Part shown: positions 39,054 to 47,061 of the stretch, piece after piece
How positions within the stretch are numbered: the first letter of the stretch is position 1
Layout of the letters: every line of letters starts with the position of its first letter
NCBI GenBank assembly: GCA_963614045.1
Contig: CAVEBU010000003.1
Span: 986-64,985, forward strand
Origin: Alistipes finegoldii
Lineage (GTDB): Bacteria; Bacillota; Clostridia; Christensenellales; UBA1242
Length of the DNA stretch: 64,000 nucleotides
Reading direction: 5' to 3'
The notes under the pieces: generated by a model
Seen by the model: the letters and a program-made list of their open reading frames with translations, nothing else
Database searches by the model: none
Told to the model about the DNA's origin: nothing
Position numbers and translations under genes: made by a program

Positions 39054-40738
39054 TGGCTGAGAATAAAAAAGGAACGGTCGCATCTAATATTGTGGGTAGA
39101 AAGTTGCCTTACAATTTTGAAGCAGAACAAGCAGTTTTGGGTGCAGTATTAATCAGTCAAGAGGCGCCTAGCATAATTTTGAGCGAACTAAAAGAAGACG
39201 ATTTTTTGTCTAAAGAGCATCAAATAATTTTCGGCACAATGCAGACATTATTTATCAAGAAAAATCACACCTATTTTGACCACATAATTCTAACGAGTGA
39301 ATTAGAGAGCAAAGGACTACTTGATGCAGTTGGTGGAATTTCATACCTACTCACTCTGACGGACAAACTGCCCAGCTCGACTAACTTCCAATACTATGTT
39401 GATATTGTTAAACGTGATTCCATTCTCCGCAAACTAATTCAAGCGGGTGGCGAAATTATTGAGGACGCCTACACAAGTGATGATATGGTAAAATCGCTTC
39501 AATCGGCGGAAAATTCAATATACAAAATCAGTCAAGTTAGCGAACATTCGTCATTAGAGCATATTCGTAGCAGTCTTGAAAAAGTTATTGCTGATTTTGA
39601 GTTATGCTTCCAAAACCCTAATGCCAAACGTGGACTTGAAACGGGGCTTGTTGGACTTGACCACTACACAAACGGCTTCCAAAAAGGCGACTTAATTATC
39701 CTTGCTGCCCGTCCATCCTTTGGTAAATCTGCGTTAGCTCTAAATATGGTGCAACATATGGCAGTGAAATGCAAGAAATCTTGTGCTGTATTCTCGTTGG
39801 AAATGCCAAAAGAACAGCTGAGTAGACGTATGGCGTGTAGTATTTCGGGCGTTGATATGGCAAAAGTCTTACGAGGCGACCTCGAGGACGAACAAGAGCA
39901 ACGTAGGTTTAGGCAAGCTATTTCCGTACTTGCTGATGCGCCGATTTTTATAGACGATAGCAGTATGAATACCCCTGCAGAAATTTTGTCAAAATGCCGT
40001 AGACTCAAAAATGACCCAGCTTATGGGCTAGACTTTGTGATGATCGACTACTTGCAATTAATGAACGTCGGACCTCGTTCAAAAGCGGACAGCCGTCAAC
40101 AAGAGGTTTCTGAAATCAGCCGTAGTTTAAAAGTTATTGCAAAGGAATTAAACGTGCCTGTTCTCGCCCTATCGCAGTTATCACGTGCCGTAGAATCTCG
40201 TACTGGCGACCACAAGCCACAGTTGAGTGACTTGCGTGAAACTGGTAGTATTGAGCAAGATGCCGATATTGTAATGTTTATTCACCGCCCTAGTAGATAC
40301 CAAGATACCAATAAAAATCAAGATATGGATCAAAGTCAAGCATTTCTTGTTCTTGCTAAACATCGTAACGGTGCTTTGGGCGACATTCCTATGCATTGGG
40401 ACGGCGGAACAACTACCTTTACTAGCACCGCTCGTGACCTTGAAACCGCAAGTTTGGAAAGCACCGCCCCACCGCCAATTAGCGAGAAAAGTAAACGTGC
40501 TTTTGAGAAAATCGCACGAGAATTGCAAGGCAATTCAGCCGAAATTGACGATATTTTTGATAGCACACCACCGCCAATACCACCAGCACCGACTCAAGAC
40601 GATATGCCTTACGATGTGCCAAATATAGAACCCGCACCCGAACCACCTTTTGATGATGAAATTATATCAGCGGTTACTCCAGAAAATTCTCAGAATAATA
40701 ACCCAAACACAGATGATGACCCGCTTTTTGACGAATAA
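39053..40738 (+). CDS. dnaB: Replicative DNA helicase DnaB with a ~110-aa Pro/acidic C-terminal extension
   Basis: LPYNFEAEQAVLGAVL N-domain and Walker A ARPSFGKSALALN. RecA-like core up to ...HWDGGTTTFTS. The tail ends ...NTDDDPLFDE. Confidence 0.9.
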   Translation: MAENKKGTVASNIVGRKLPYNFEAEQAVLGAVLISQEAPSIILSELKEDDFLSKEHQIIFGTMQTLFIKKNHTYFDHIILTSELESKGLLDAVGGISYLLTLTDKLPSSTNFQYYVDIVKRDSILRKLIQAGGEIIEDAYTSDDMVKSLQSAENSIYKISQVSEHSSLEHIRSSLEKVIADFELCFQNPNAKRGLETGLVGLDHYTNGFQKGDLIILAARPSFGKSALALNMVQHMAVKCKKSCAVFSLEMPKEQLSRRMACSISGVDMAKVLRGDLEDEQEQRRFRQAISVLADAPIFIDDSSMNTPAEILSKCRRLKNDPAYGLDFVMIDYLQLMNVGPRSKADSRQQEVSEISRSLKVIAKELNVPVLALSQLSRAVESRTGDHKPQLSDLRETGSIEQDADIVMFIHRPSRYQDTNKNQDMDQSQAFLVLAKHRNGALGDIPMHWDGGTTTFTSTARDLETASLESTAPPPISEKSKRAFEKIARELQGNSAEIDDIFDSTPPPIPPAPTQDDMPYDVPNIEPAPEPPFDDEIISAVTPENSQNNNPNTDDDPLFDE

Positions 40739-40772
40739 AGCACACTTTAGTTTAAACACGAACCACAAAAAC

Positions 40773-40806
40773 AAAAAATCGCAGTTAAATTAATTGCGTT
40801 TTTTTG
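40773..40806. terminator. Bidirectional terminator between the convergent dnaB and PHP-like genes
   Basis: CGCAGTT-AAATT-AATTGCG hairpin flanked by an A run and a T run. Confidence 0.4.
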
Positions 40807-40807
40807 T

Positions 40808-41950
40808 TTATTCCCTCTCTAAAGCGCCTGTATTTTCCGCTTTAATTGTCTTTACATGTTCAACTTTGCCACAAATTGCGTATTCGCTCATAAAATCAGC
40901 CTCCGCTAACAAATCACTGTTTTGGTCTTTGTGGTGGAAAGCATTCAAAGCAAGACCTGGCTTTGGGTCATAAAAAACCTTTTCGCCTGTAACATTGTCG
41001 ATAACAAACATTTTGCCATTTGGTGTCAACATAAAGTCCGAACCAGCACTCAATTTCAAACCGTATCTCTCGGCAAAATCAAAAATTTCAGCATTTTCCT
41101 CTGGAGTGTTTAAGTTATATAAGCCTTCAATCCCGTAAAAATTAGGCTTGCCCTTGATAACTTGTGGAATACTGTTTATAACAAATAAGTATTCTCTCAA
41201 ACTGAAGTTAGGATCCATATGTGCTGGATGATTTACAACCAGTTTTCCGCCAATAGTATCAGCAACTTGGATAAATTGTGTAAGAGTTGGACGAGCGTCC
41301 GTCTTGTAGTACATTAAGTCACCCGGTCCACTGTGCAAATATCTAAAAAATGCTGATGCGTTACCCAACTGACTTTCGTTTAGCCCCAAAATACGCTTAT
41401 ATTGTTCCGTCCTTTTGGGTGATTGTTTCATCCAAGCATACAATCTCTTAATATAATGGTCCTTCTGCTCATCGCAAAATTCCCTACTAGGCATTTCCAC
41501 CCCCAACTTTCTACCTGCTTCAACAAATTTTATGAAATCTGTGTCAGCAATTTTTGCTTGCAATCTATCGTTCCACCAAGGCATTTGATACATAACTCGC
41601 ACTTGGTCTATACCAAAGAACAGTTGAATATGTGCCGTTCTGCCGTTGTGGTCCTTGCTGTTTGGAGTAACGCACGAAGAATCTACGATAGTATCCATTT
41701 CAACGGACGGCAATAGTTCCCCCGTGTAGAAACGCTCAATTCCGCCCTCCTCGTTAATGATTTGCATCAACGGACTATTAGGCAAAAACTGGTCAATATT
41801 GTTGTGCTGTGTCAGAGAAAGTTTCCTAACACCATTTCCCTCAGCCAATTTTAAGATTTTAATAATGTATTCCCTGTTAACATGGCGGTCAATATGCACA
41901 TGCATATCAGTTTTAACCAAGCCATTTGATTCTTGATTTTCGTTTTTCAT
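40808..41950 (-). CDS. PHP-like metal-dependent phosphoesterase family protein (tentative)
   Basis: 380 aa with blocks DMHVHIDRH, SVEMD, HIQLF, VNHPAH and AGSDF spaced like PHP metal ligands, plus large insertions. Confidence 0.35.
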   Translation of the reverse strand: MKNENQESNGLVKTDMHVHIDRHVNREYIIKILKLAEGNGVRKLSLTQHNNIDQFLPNSPLMQIINEEGGIERFYTGELLPSVEMDTIVDSSCVTPNSKDHNGRTAHIQLFFGIDQVRVMYQMPWWNDRLQAKIADTDFIKFVEAGRKLGVEMPSREFCDEQKDHYIKRLYAWMKQSPKRTEQYKRILGLNESQLGNASAFFRYLHSGPGDLMYYKTDARPTLTQFIQVADTIGGKLVVNHPAHMDPNFSLREYLFVINSIPQVIKGKPNFYGIEGLYNLNTPEENAEIFDFAERYGLKLSAGSDFMLTPNGKMFVIDNVTGEKVFYDPKPGLALNAFHHKDQNSDLLAEADFMSEYAICGKVEHVKTIKAENTGALERE

Positions 41951-42050
41951 AAAATCCCTTCTTTTTTATTATCTTTATGTATATTACAGCACAAGGTTAT
42001 TATTTTGTTAATACACTTTACCCACAAATTTTGCTAAAAAACAAGTCATT

Positions 42051-42773
42051 TTAAATGCTCACAGCATTATTTAAAGCCACTTTTGTGCGAATCGTTTGGA
42101 GTGCTTTTTTCTCAAGTCTACTAATATAGGAACGTGAAATCCCCATTTTTTTAGCGACTTCACGTTGTGTATATGCCACTCGCCCGCCAATTCCATAGCG
42201 CATACACAAAATCTTGTATTCTCGGTCAGTCAATGTTTCTTTTATTAATTTTAGCAAATTTTCTGTCAAAATCGAATCTTCCACCATTTGCATAAGATCG
42301 TATTCGGTATCACAAATCACATCGGACAACAGTATGTCATTACCGTCCTTTTCTGTTCCAATTGTTTCTTCTAGTGAAATATTTGTCTGGTGCTTTTTAT
42401 TCGCTCTAAAAAGCATTAGAATCTCATTCTCGATACACCTTGCCGCATAAGTGGACAATTGCGCTCCTTTTCCGCTCGAATAAGAATTTATCGCCTTAAT
42501 TAACCCGATTGCTCCCACAGAAATCAAATCGTCCGCATCTTTACTACTATTGCTGTATTTCTTTACAATGTGCGCCACCAACCGCAAGTTATGGGAAATT
42601 AGGATGTTTTTTGCTTCAATATCGCCCTTTTCAAGCCTTGCGATGTACTTTTTTTCTTCTTCGCTAGACAAAGTTTTTGGAAAACTTGATGTGTGGTCAA
42701 CATAGGAAGAAAACAACATAATTTTATTCATAAAAGTGACAAAACTTTCTATTATCAAAGCACTCACCTCCAA
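42051..42773 (-). CDS. sigK: Sporulation sigma factor SigK (pro-sigma-K), uninterrupted
   Basis: ...LFSSYVDHTSSFPKTLSSEEEKKYIARLEKGD...HNLRLVAHIVKKY...ARCIENEILM closely parallels B. subtilis pro-SigK. Start uncertain: TTG 42773, TTG 42758 behind GGAGGTGA, or ATG 42731. Confidence 0.85.
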   Translation of the reverse strand: MEVSALIIESFVTFMNKIMLFSSYVDHTSSFPKTLSSEEEKKYIARLEKGDIEAKNILISHNLRLVAHIVKKYSNSSKDADDLISVGAIGLIKAINSYSSGKGAQLSTYAARCIENEILMLFRANKKHQTNISLEETIGTEKDGNDILLSDVICDTEYDLMQMVEDSILTENLLKLIKETLTDREYKILCMRYGIGGRVAYTQREVAKKMGISRSYISRLEKKALQTIRTKVALNNAVSI

Positions 42774-42825
42774 ATATTAATTAATAATATATGCAGAGAA
42801 ATGCCTGATAAGTGCTTGTCCAAAT

Positions 42826-43275
42826 TTATTTTCTTACAAAAAACTTTATATTAATACAATTTTTACTCACCTTTGCAATTTTGTGATTTTTGAGTACGGG
42901 TTTTTGTTCTTTTGCTGTAGAAACAATCGCCTTAACCAACTCAAAAACCCCCACAATTATCAAAAATATCGCAAAAATGATTTTTAGCGTATGACTTTCA
43001 ACCCGCCCGACTAATAATGCCGTACAAACCGCTACAATAATCGCAGGAATCGCCACACAAACAGACACTTTATAATTTATTAGCTTGTTTTTTGCGTGAA
43101 TAATCACAGCCACAACACCCATTGGAATAAAGACAAGCAGATTCACCGCTTGCGCCAAATGTTGTTCTAAACCCAAAAAGACAGTAAGAATCGGAATAAG
43201 AAGCGTACCTCCGCCCATGCCCATCCCACCTATCATTCCTCCTATCAACCCTGCTAAAATATACGCAAGAATCAT
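42826..43275 (-). CDS. Half-size TSUP (TauE/SafE) family membrane protein, C-terminal-half equivalent
   Basis: 149 aa, 4 TM helices, G-rich first helix GLIGGMIGGMGMGGGTLLIPIL. Own RBS GGAGGG and ATG 9 nt after the upstream stop. Confidence 0.7.
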   Translation of the reverse strand: MILAYILAGLIGGMIGGMGMGGGTLLIPILTVFLGLEQHLAQAVNLLVFIPMGVVAVIIHAKNKLINYKVSVCVAIPAIIVAVCTALLVGRVESHTLKIIFAIFLIIVGVFELVKAIVSTAKEQKPVLKNHKIAKVSKNCINIKFFVRK

Positions 43276-43284
43276 ATTCCCTCC

Positions 43285-43641
43285 TCAAAACAGCATTTTT
43301 ATGCCCGCCAAAATCACAACAACGGCAAATACGAATTTCAGCGCTTTATTAGGTAAGATTTTCAAAAGGCACGCACCAATAGCACCGCCAACGATTGAAC
43401 CAGTAGCAACAAAAAGCACGCAATCCCATTCGACGAACCCCTGTGTATAATAAACAATTGCGCTGGCAATACTTATCGGTAGCATAATAAGAATTGCTGT
43501 AGCTTGCGCTCGCTGATTATTTAAACCCAAAAGCAAAAGTAGTGGCACGCAAATCATTCCGCCACCGCCACCAAAGAAACCATTTACCGCTCCCACAAGA
43601 ATTCCTGCAGAAGAAAGCATTATTAATCTCTTGTTTTGCAC
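43285..43641 (-). CDS. Half-size TSUP (TauE/SafE) family membrane protein, N-terminal-half equivalent
   Basis: 118 aa, 4 TM helices, GAVNGFFGGGGGMICVPLLLL. GTG start behind GAGGT. Confidence 0.7.
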   Translation of the reverse strand: MQNKRLIMLSSAGILVGAVNGFFGGGGGMICVPLLLLLGLNNQRAQATAILIMLPISIASAIVYYTQGFVEWDCVLFVATGSIVGGAIGACLLKILPNKALKFVFAVVVILAGIKMLF

Positions 43642-43700
43642 TATTTACCTCGTTATCTATAAAATTTTTAAAATTTTTAAATTTAATAACGCTTAAAAAC

Positions 43701-43729
43701 TTGCATTATTTTGACATTTGATATATAAT
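43701..43729 (+). promoter_or_regulatory. Sigma-A-like promoter TTGCAT-17-TATAAT for the 1074-aa surface protein gene
   Basis: -35 at 43701-43706 and -10 at 43724-43729. Confidence 0.5.
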
Positions 43730-43788
43730 AGGATGTATCTTGTACGCAACAATTATGCGTCATTACAAAAATTAAAAGGTAAACAATC

Positions 43789-46700
43789 ATGACTAAACAT
43801 TCAATCTCAATTAAAACTTTACTACTTACAGTTGTTGTAACAATCAGCTTGTTAGTTGGTGGTAACATTTGGGCTTTCGCTGGAATGCAACACGTTTCGG
43901 CATCAGCAGATACTTCTGCCACTTATTCAGCCACATCAACAGCAAACGTTGTAACTTACGATTTCGAGTCGGATAGTGGTACTTATCCTATTAGCCCATC
44001 GAAGTTTTCCAAAATTACCGACGAGAGCAGTACTGCAACTCCAGAAGCGTCAGGTGTAATTAACCTCACTCCTGATGTCTATAATACTTATAGCAAAGAT
44101 AATTATAAGTTGGACGGGTATGATAAGCCTGCCCAGAATCTAGACAGCAAGCAGGTTTTGATGATCAACGCACGTAAAAAAAGTATTTACTATGGTTATG
44201 AGACTAGCAGTGCAACCACGCTAGAAGCAAATAGTTTTTACGAAATCAGTGTGTCATTATATACCCACGCAAGCGCTAATGCTAGTGTTTATATTGACGG
44301 AACAGACTTTGACGACTTAGAGAATAGTCAAATTGCTCGTATCAACACTATGAACACTTGGAAAACAGTGACGTTCTATATCGCAACAAGCAAGACCAGT
44401 TCAAGTTCGGCAACTGTTCAACTATATCTGGGTGCAAAATCTCATGCGGGCAGTTCTAGTCACACTGAATCAACCGACTATGCACTATTTGATAATATAA
44501 TAATCAACCGCCTTTCTGGTGAAAATTATCAAAAGAAGTCCCAAGACGCTAAGAATTCTGACTACGCAGGAGTTATTGACCTTGATAAATCTACCCTAAT
44601 TACTTCTGGACAAGCGGGTTTTGTAAAAAACGGCGACTTTGCTAGCGGTTCATCTAACTGGACAAACGACGAGAGTAATACCGGCGGTAATGTTCTATAT
44701 GTTAAGAATATGAACCAAGCAATCACTATCAATTCTGAATCAGTGATTTTGGGTACGCATTTCCCTCAAGAAACGTTGACTAGCGGTGTAGTGATTTCTG
44801 CTCAAGGTAGTACAGTCGCAATCAACTCAGACGACATTACAATCAAGCAACACCACATTTATCGCATTGCTTTTTGGGCAAAAGGTGAACTTAACAGTAG
44901 CACTCTTAACTTAAAAGTTAGCGGAAAGATTCCTAACGGCTCTGAGGAGAAGACTTGCTCCGCTCAATACACAAGTTTTGTGACAAGCGAAGAGATTAAC
45001 GGCGGTTGGGGTTTATATGAATTTTACATTGTAGGAAACCCTCTTGCCGACACTACTGTTAAGCTTACTTTAGGAATTACTTCAGCAAACTCTACCGATT
45101 CGGGATATGTAGCGGTTTCCGACATTAAATCTTACCTTGTTTCGACGCAACAAATGACCGATGGTACCAGCAACAACTCAAACGCAAAAACTGTCAAAAT
45201 GTACTCAACAGACAACACGTTGTCTTTCGATAACTATTCATTTAACTTAGTTTCGATTTCAGAAACTGACGCAACAAAGACGATCTACCCACTTACGCCG
45301 ACGAGCTGGACAGCTGGCGAAACTAACAAATCAAGTGGTGTGGTAAACATTAGCGAAAGTGAATGGGCAAACGTTCCTTTTACAAGCACTCGCCCATCGA
45401 AATCTGACCTTCCAGGCTATTCTGACAACGACAACGTGCTTATGCTAAACGCATTCACGAGTGGTAAAGTTCAATCGTTTACCAGTGCTACACAGACTTT
45501 TGACAAAGACGGTTATGCAAAAATCACTTTCCAAGCATACATCAATAGTAATTCAACTGCATACGTAACCATTAAAAACAGCGATGGCACTGTTATTGCT
45601 GAAATACCTATTACCAAACAAAACAGTGGTGCGAAATGGAGAGAATACGCCATTTACCTACACAACTATATTAATTCTCAAACGATAAGCGCTACCCTGT
45701 CTTTAGGTAGTCAAAACGACGCCAAAGTTGATGGCTTTGCATATTTTGACAATGTAAAATTTGACAGCAGTTTAACAGAAGAACAGTTTAATCAAGTTAC
45801 TGAAGATAGCCAAAATGCAAAATTCGATTTAACAACAAACGCACTTAGCGCTACCACAAGCAAGGATAGTATTACCCCTCTTATGTGGAATTTAAATGTT
45901 AGCGAAAATGCCGAAAAAACAACCGTAAACAGTGGAATTATAGATTACCGAAACGCAGGTTCTTATGCTTTCATTAGTGGTTTCCCACAAAATCCTGAAG
46001 GCAACGATTCAAATATGATTATGGTTATTCAGGCAGGCACACCTGTTTACGCAACATATGAGAGTAAGCTTACTTATTCACTTGACGCTAGTTCGTACTA
46101 CAAACTGACTGTTTGGGTAAAGACAACGGGTTTAACTGCCGACACGCAGACAGACGAGGACATCACTGATGACGGCGAGTTGATTAAGCATGGCGCAAGC
46201 ATTATGATGTCTAATGTAAGCTCGAGTTTCACAAAGATCAAGACTCAAAGTATTAAAAATGTTGATGAATGGAAGTTGTACACAATGTACATTTACACGA
46301 CCGATTCAATAACAAGTAACATAAAACTCGGATTGGGCTGTACAAATATGCCTACAGCGGGTGCTGTTTACTTCGCAAATCTTAACTTCACTTCCCTAAC
46401 CGAAGATGAATACAAGAACGAAATTTTAGCATACGACACCAATAATTTGCCTAGCAATGTTTTGCTTGCAACGAACGTTCCTGAGGATGAAGAAGACAAT
46501 CCAAGCCAAGCAGGTAAATTTGACCCGTTTGCCTTCTCTACAATCGTTATTGCTATTGCTGTAATCTTTGCTGTTATTGGCTTAACAATCAAGAAAGTTA
46601 AACAAAACGCACCAAAGAGAACAACGAAAGTTTCAAACAACTACGACAGATTGCAAACATTAATGAAAGACGTTGACCGTCGTGAGCGCAAGACTGCTAT

Positions 46701-47013
46701 CAACCACAAGTTGAAATTGTTGAAAGAAGAGCTTGAGCAATCGCAAACCTTCTTGGCGCAAGAAATTAACGATTTAAGGAAACAAACTGAGTCGTACAAC
46801 ACAGCAAAAGAAATTGCACAAGAAAACCCTGCAATTGAACTTGACGAGCCTGATGTAAAACAAATTCAAAAGGAAATCCAAGTTCAAACTGCTAAGATTA
46901 AGCAGATTGAGGAAGATATAGAAATCCTTGAAGAAGAAAAACAGCGCATTGAAGCGCAAAACAAGAAATCAATCGACAAACGTAATGTTGCTAAAAACAA
47001 CAAATCTAAATAA
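43789..47013 (+). CDS. Large type-I membrane-anchored surface protein: signal peptide, four CBM4/9-like jelly-roll modules, a C-terminal TM helix and a ~140-aa cytoplasmic coiled coil
   Basis: Signal peptide LLLTVVVTISLLVGGNIWAFA. Module hallmarks include GFVKNGDFASGSSNWTN and four Y-x-I/L-x-F/V-W-A/V-K type strands (FYEISVSLYT, IYRIAFWAKG, YAKITFQAYI, YYKLTVWVKT). TM helix FAFSTIVIAIAVIFAVIGLTI. K/E/Q heptad-like tail. Confidence 0.6.
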   Translation: MTKHSISIKTLLLTVVVTISLLVGGNIWAFAGMQHVSASADTSATYSATSTANVVTYDFESDSGTYPISPSKFSKITDESSTATPEASGVINLTPDVYNTYSKDNYKLDGYDKPAQNLDSKQVLMINARKKSIYYGYETSSATTLEANSFYEISVSLYTHASANASVYIDGTDFDDLENSQIARINTMNTWKTVTFYIATSKTSSSSATVQLYLGAKSHAGSSSHTESTDYALFDNIIINRLSGENYQKKSQDAKNSDYAGVIDLDKSTLITSGQAGFVKNGDFASGSSNWTNDESNTGGNVLYVKNMNQAITINSESVILGTHFPQETLTSGVVISAQGSTVAINSDDITIKQHHIYRIAFWAKGELNSSTLNLKVSGKIPNGSEEKTCSAQYTSFVTSEEINGGWGLYEFYIVGNPLADTTVKLTLGITSANSTDSGYVAVSDIKSYLVSTQQMTDGTSNNSNAKTVKMYSTDNTLSFDNYSFNLVSISETDATKTIYPLTPTSWTAGETNKSSGVVNISESEWANVPFTSTRPSKSDLPGYSDNDNVLMLNAFTSGKVQSFTSATQTFDKDGYAKITFQAYINSNSTAYVTIKNSDGTVIAEIPITKQNSGAKWREYAIYLHNYINSQTISATLSLGSQNDAKVDGFAYFDNVKFDSSLTEEQFNQVTEDSQNAKFDLTTNALSATTSKDSITPLMWNLNVSENAEKTTVNSGIIDYRNAGSYAFISGFPQNPEGNDSNMIMVIQAGTPVYATYESKLTYSLDASSYYKLTVWVKTTGLTADTQTDEDITDDGELIKHGASIMMSNVSSSFTKIKTQSIKNVDEWKLYTMYIYTTDSITSNIKLGLGCTNMPTAGAVYFANLNFTSLTEDEYKNEILAYDTNNLPSNVLLATNVPEDEEDNPSQAGKFDPFAFSTIVIAIAVIFAVIGLTIKKVKQNAPKRTTKVSNNYDRLQTLMKDVDRRERKTAINHKLKLLKEELEQSQTFLAQEINDLRKQTESYNTAKEIAQENPAIELDEPDVKQIQKEIQVQTAKIKQIEEDIEILEEEKQRIEAQNKKSIDKRNVAKNNKSK

Positions 47014-47023
47014 TGCTTAAAAC

Positions 47024-47056
47024 AAAAAACACAGATCAAATGTCTGTGTTTTTTGT
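47024..47056. terminator. Bidirectional terminator between the surface protein gene and uvrA
   Basis: AACACAGA-TCAAATG-TCTGTGTT flanked by an A run and a T run. Confidence 0.55.
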
Positions 47057-47061
47057 TTATC

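Noticed and set aside
42051-42773. Possible skin-like intervening element in sigK
   Set aside because: All sigma regions 2-4 are contiguous in one 240-aa ORF, and no recombinase lies nearby.
42826-43641. Possibility that the two TSUP ORFs are one frameshifted pseudogene
   Set aside because: The second ORF has its own GGAGGG RBS and ATG 9 nt after the first stop. Each half is a complete 4-TM repeat. They are kept as a split gene pair, but read-level confirmation is flagged.
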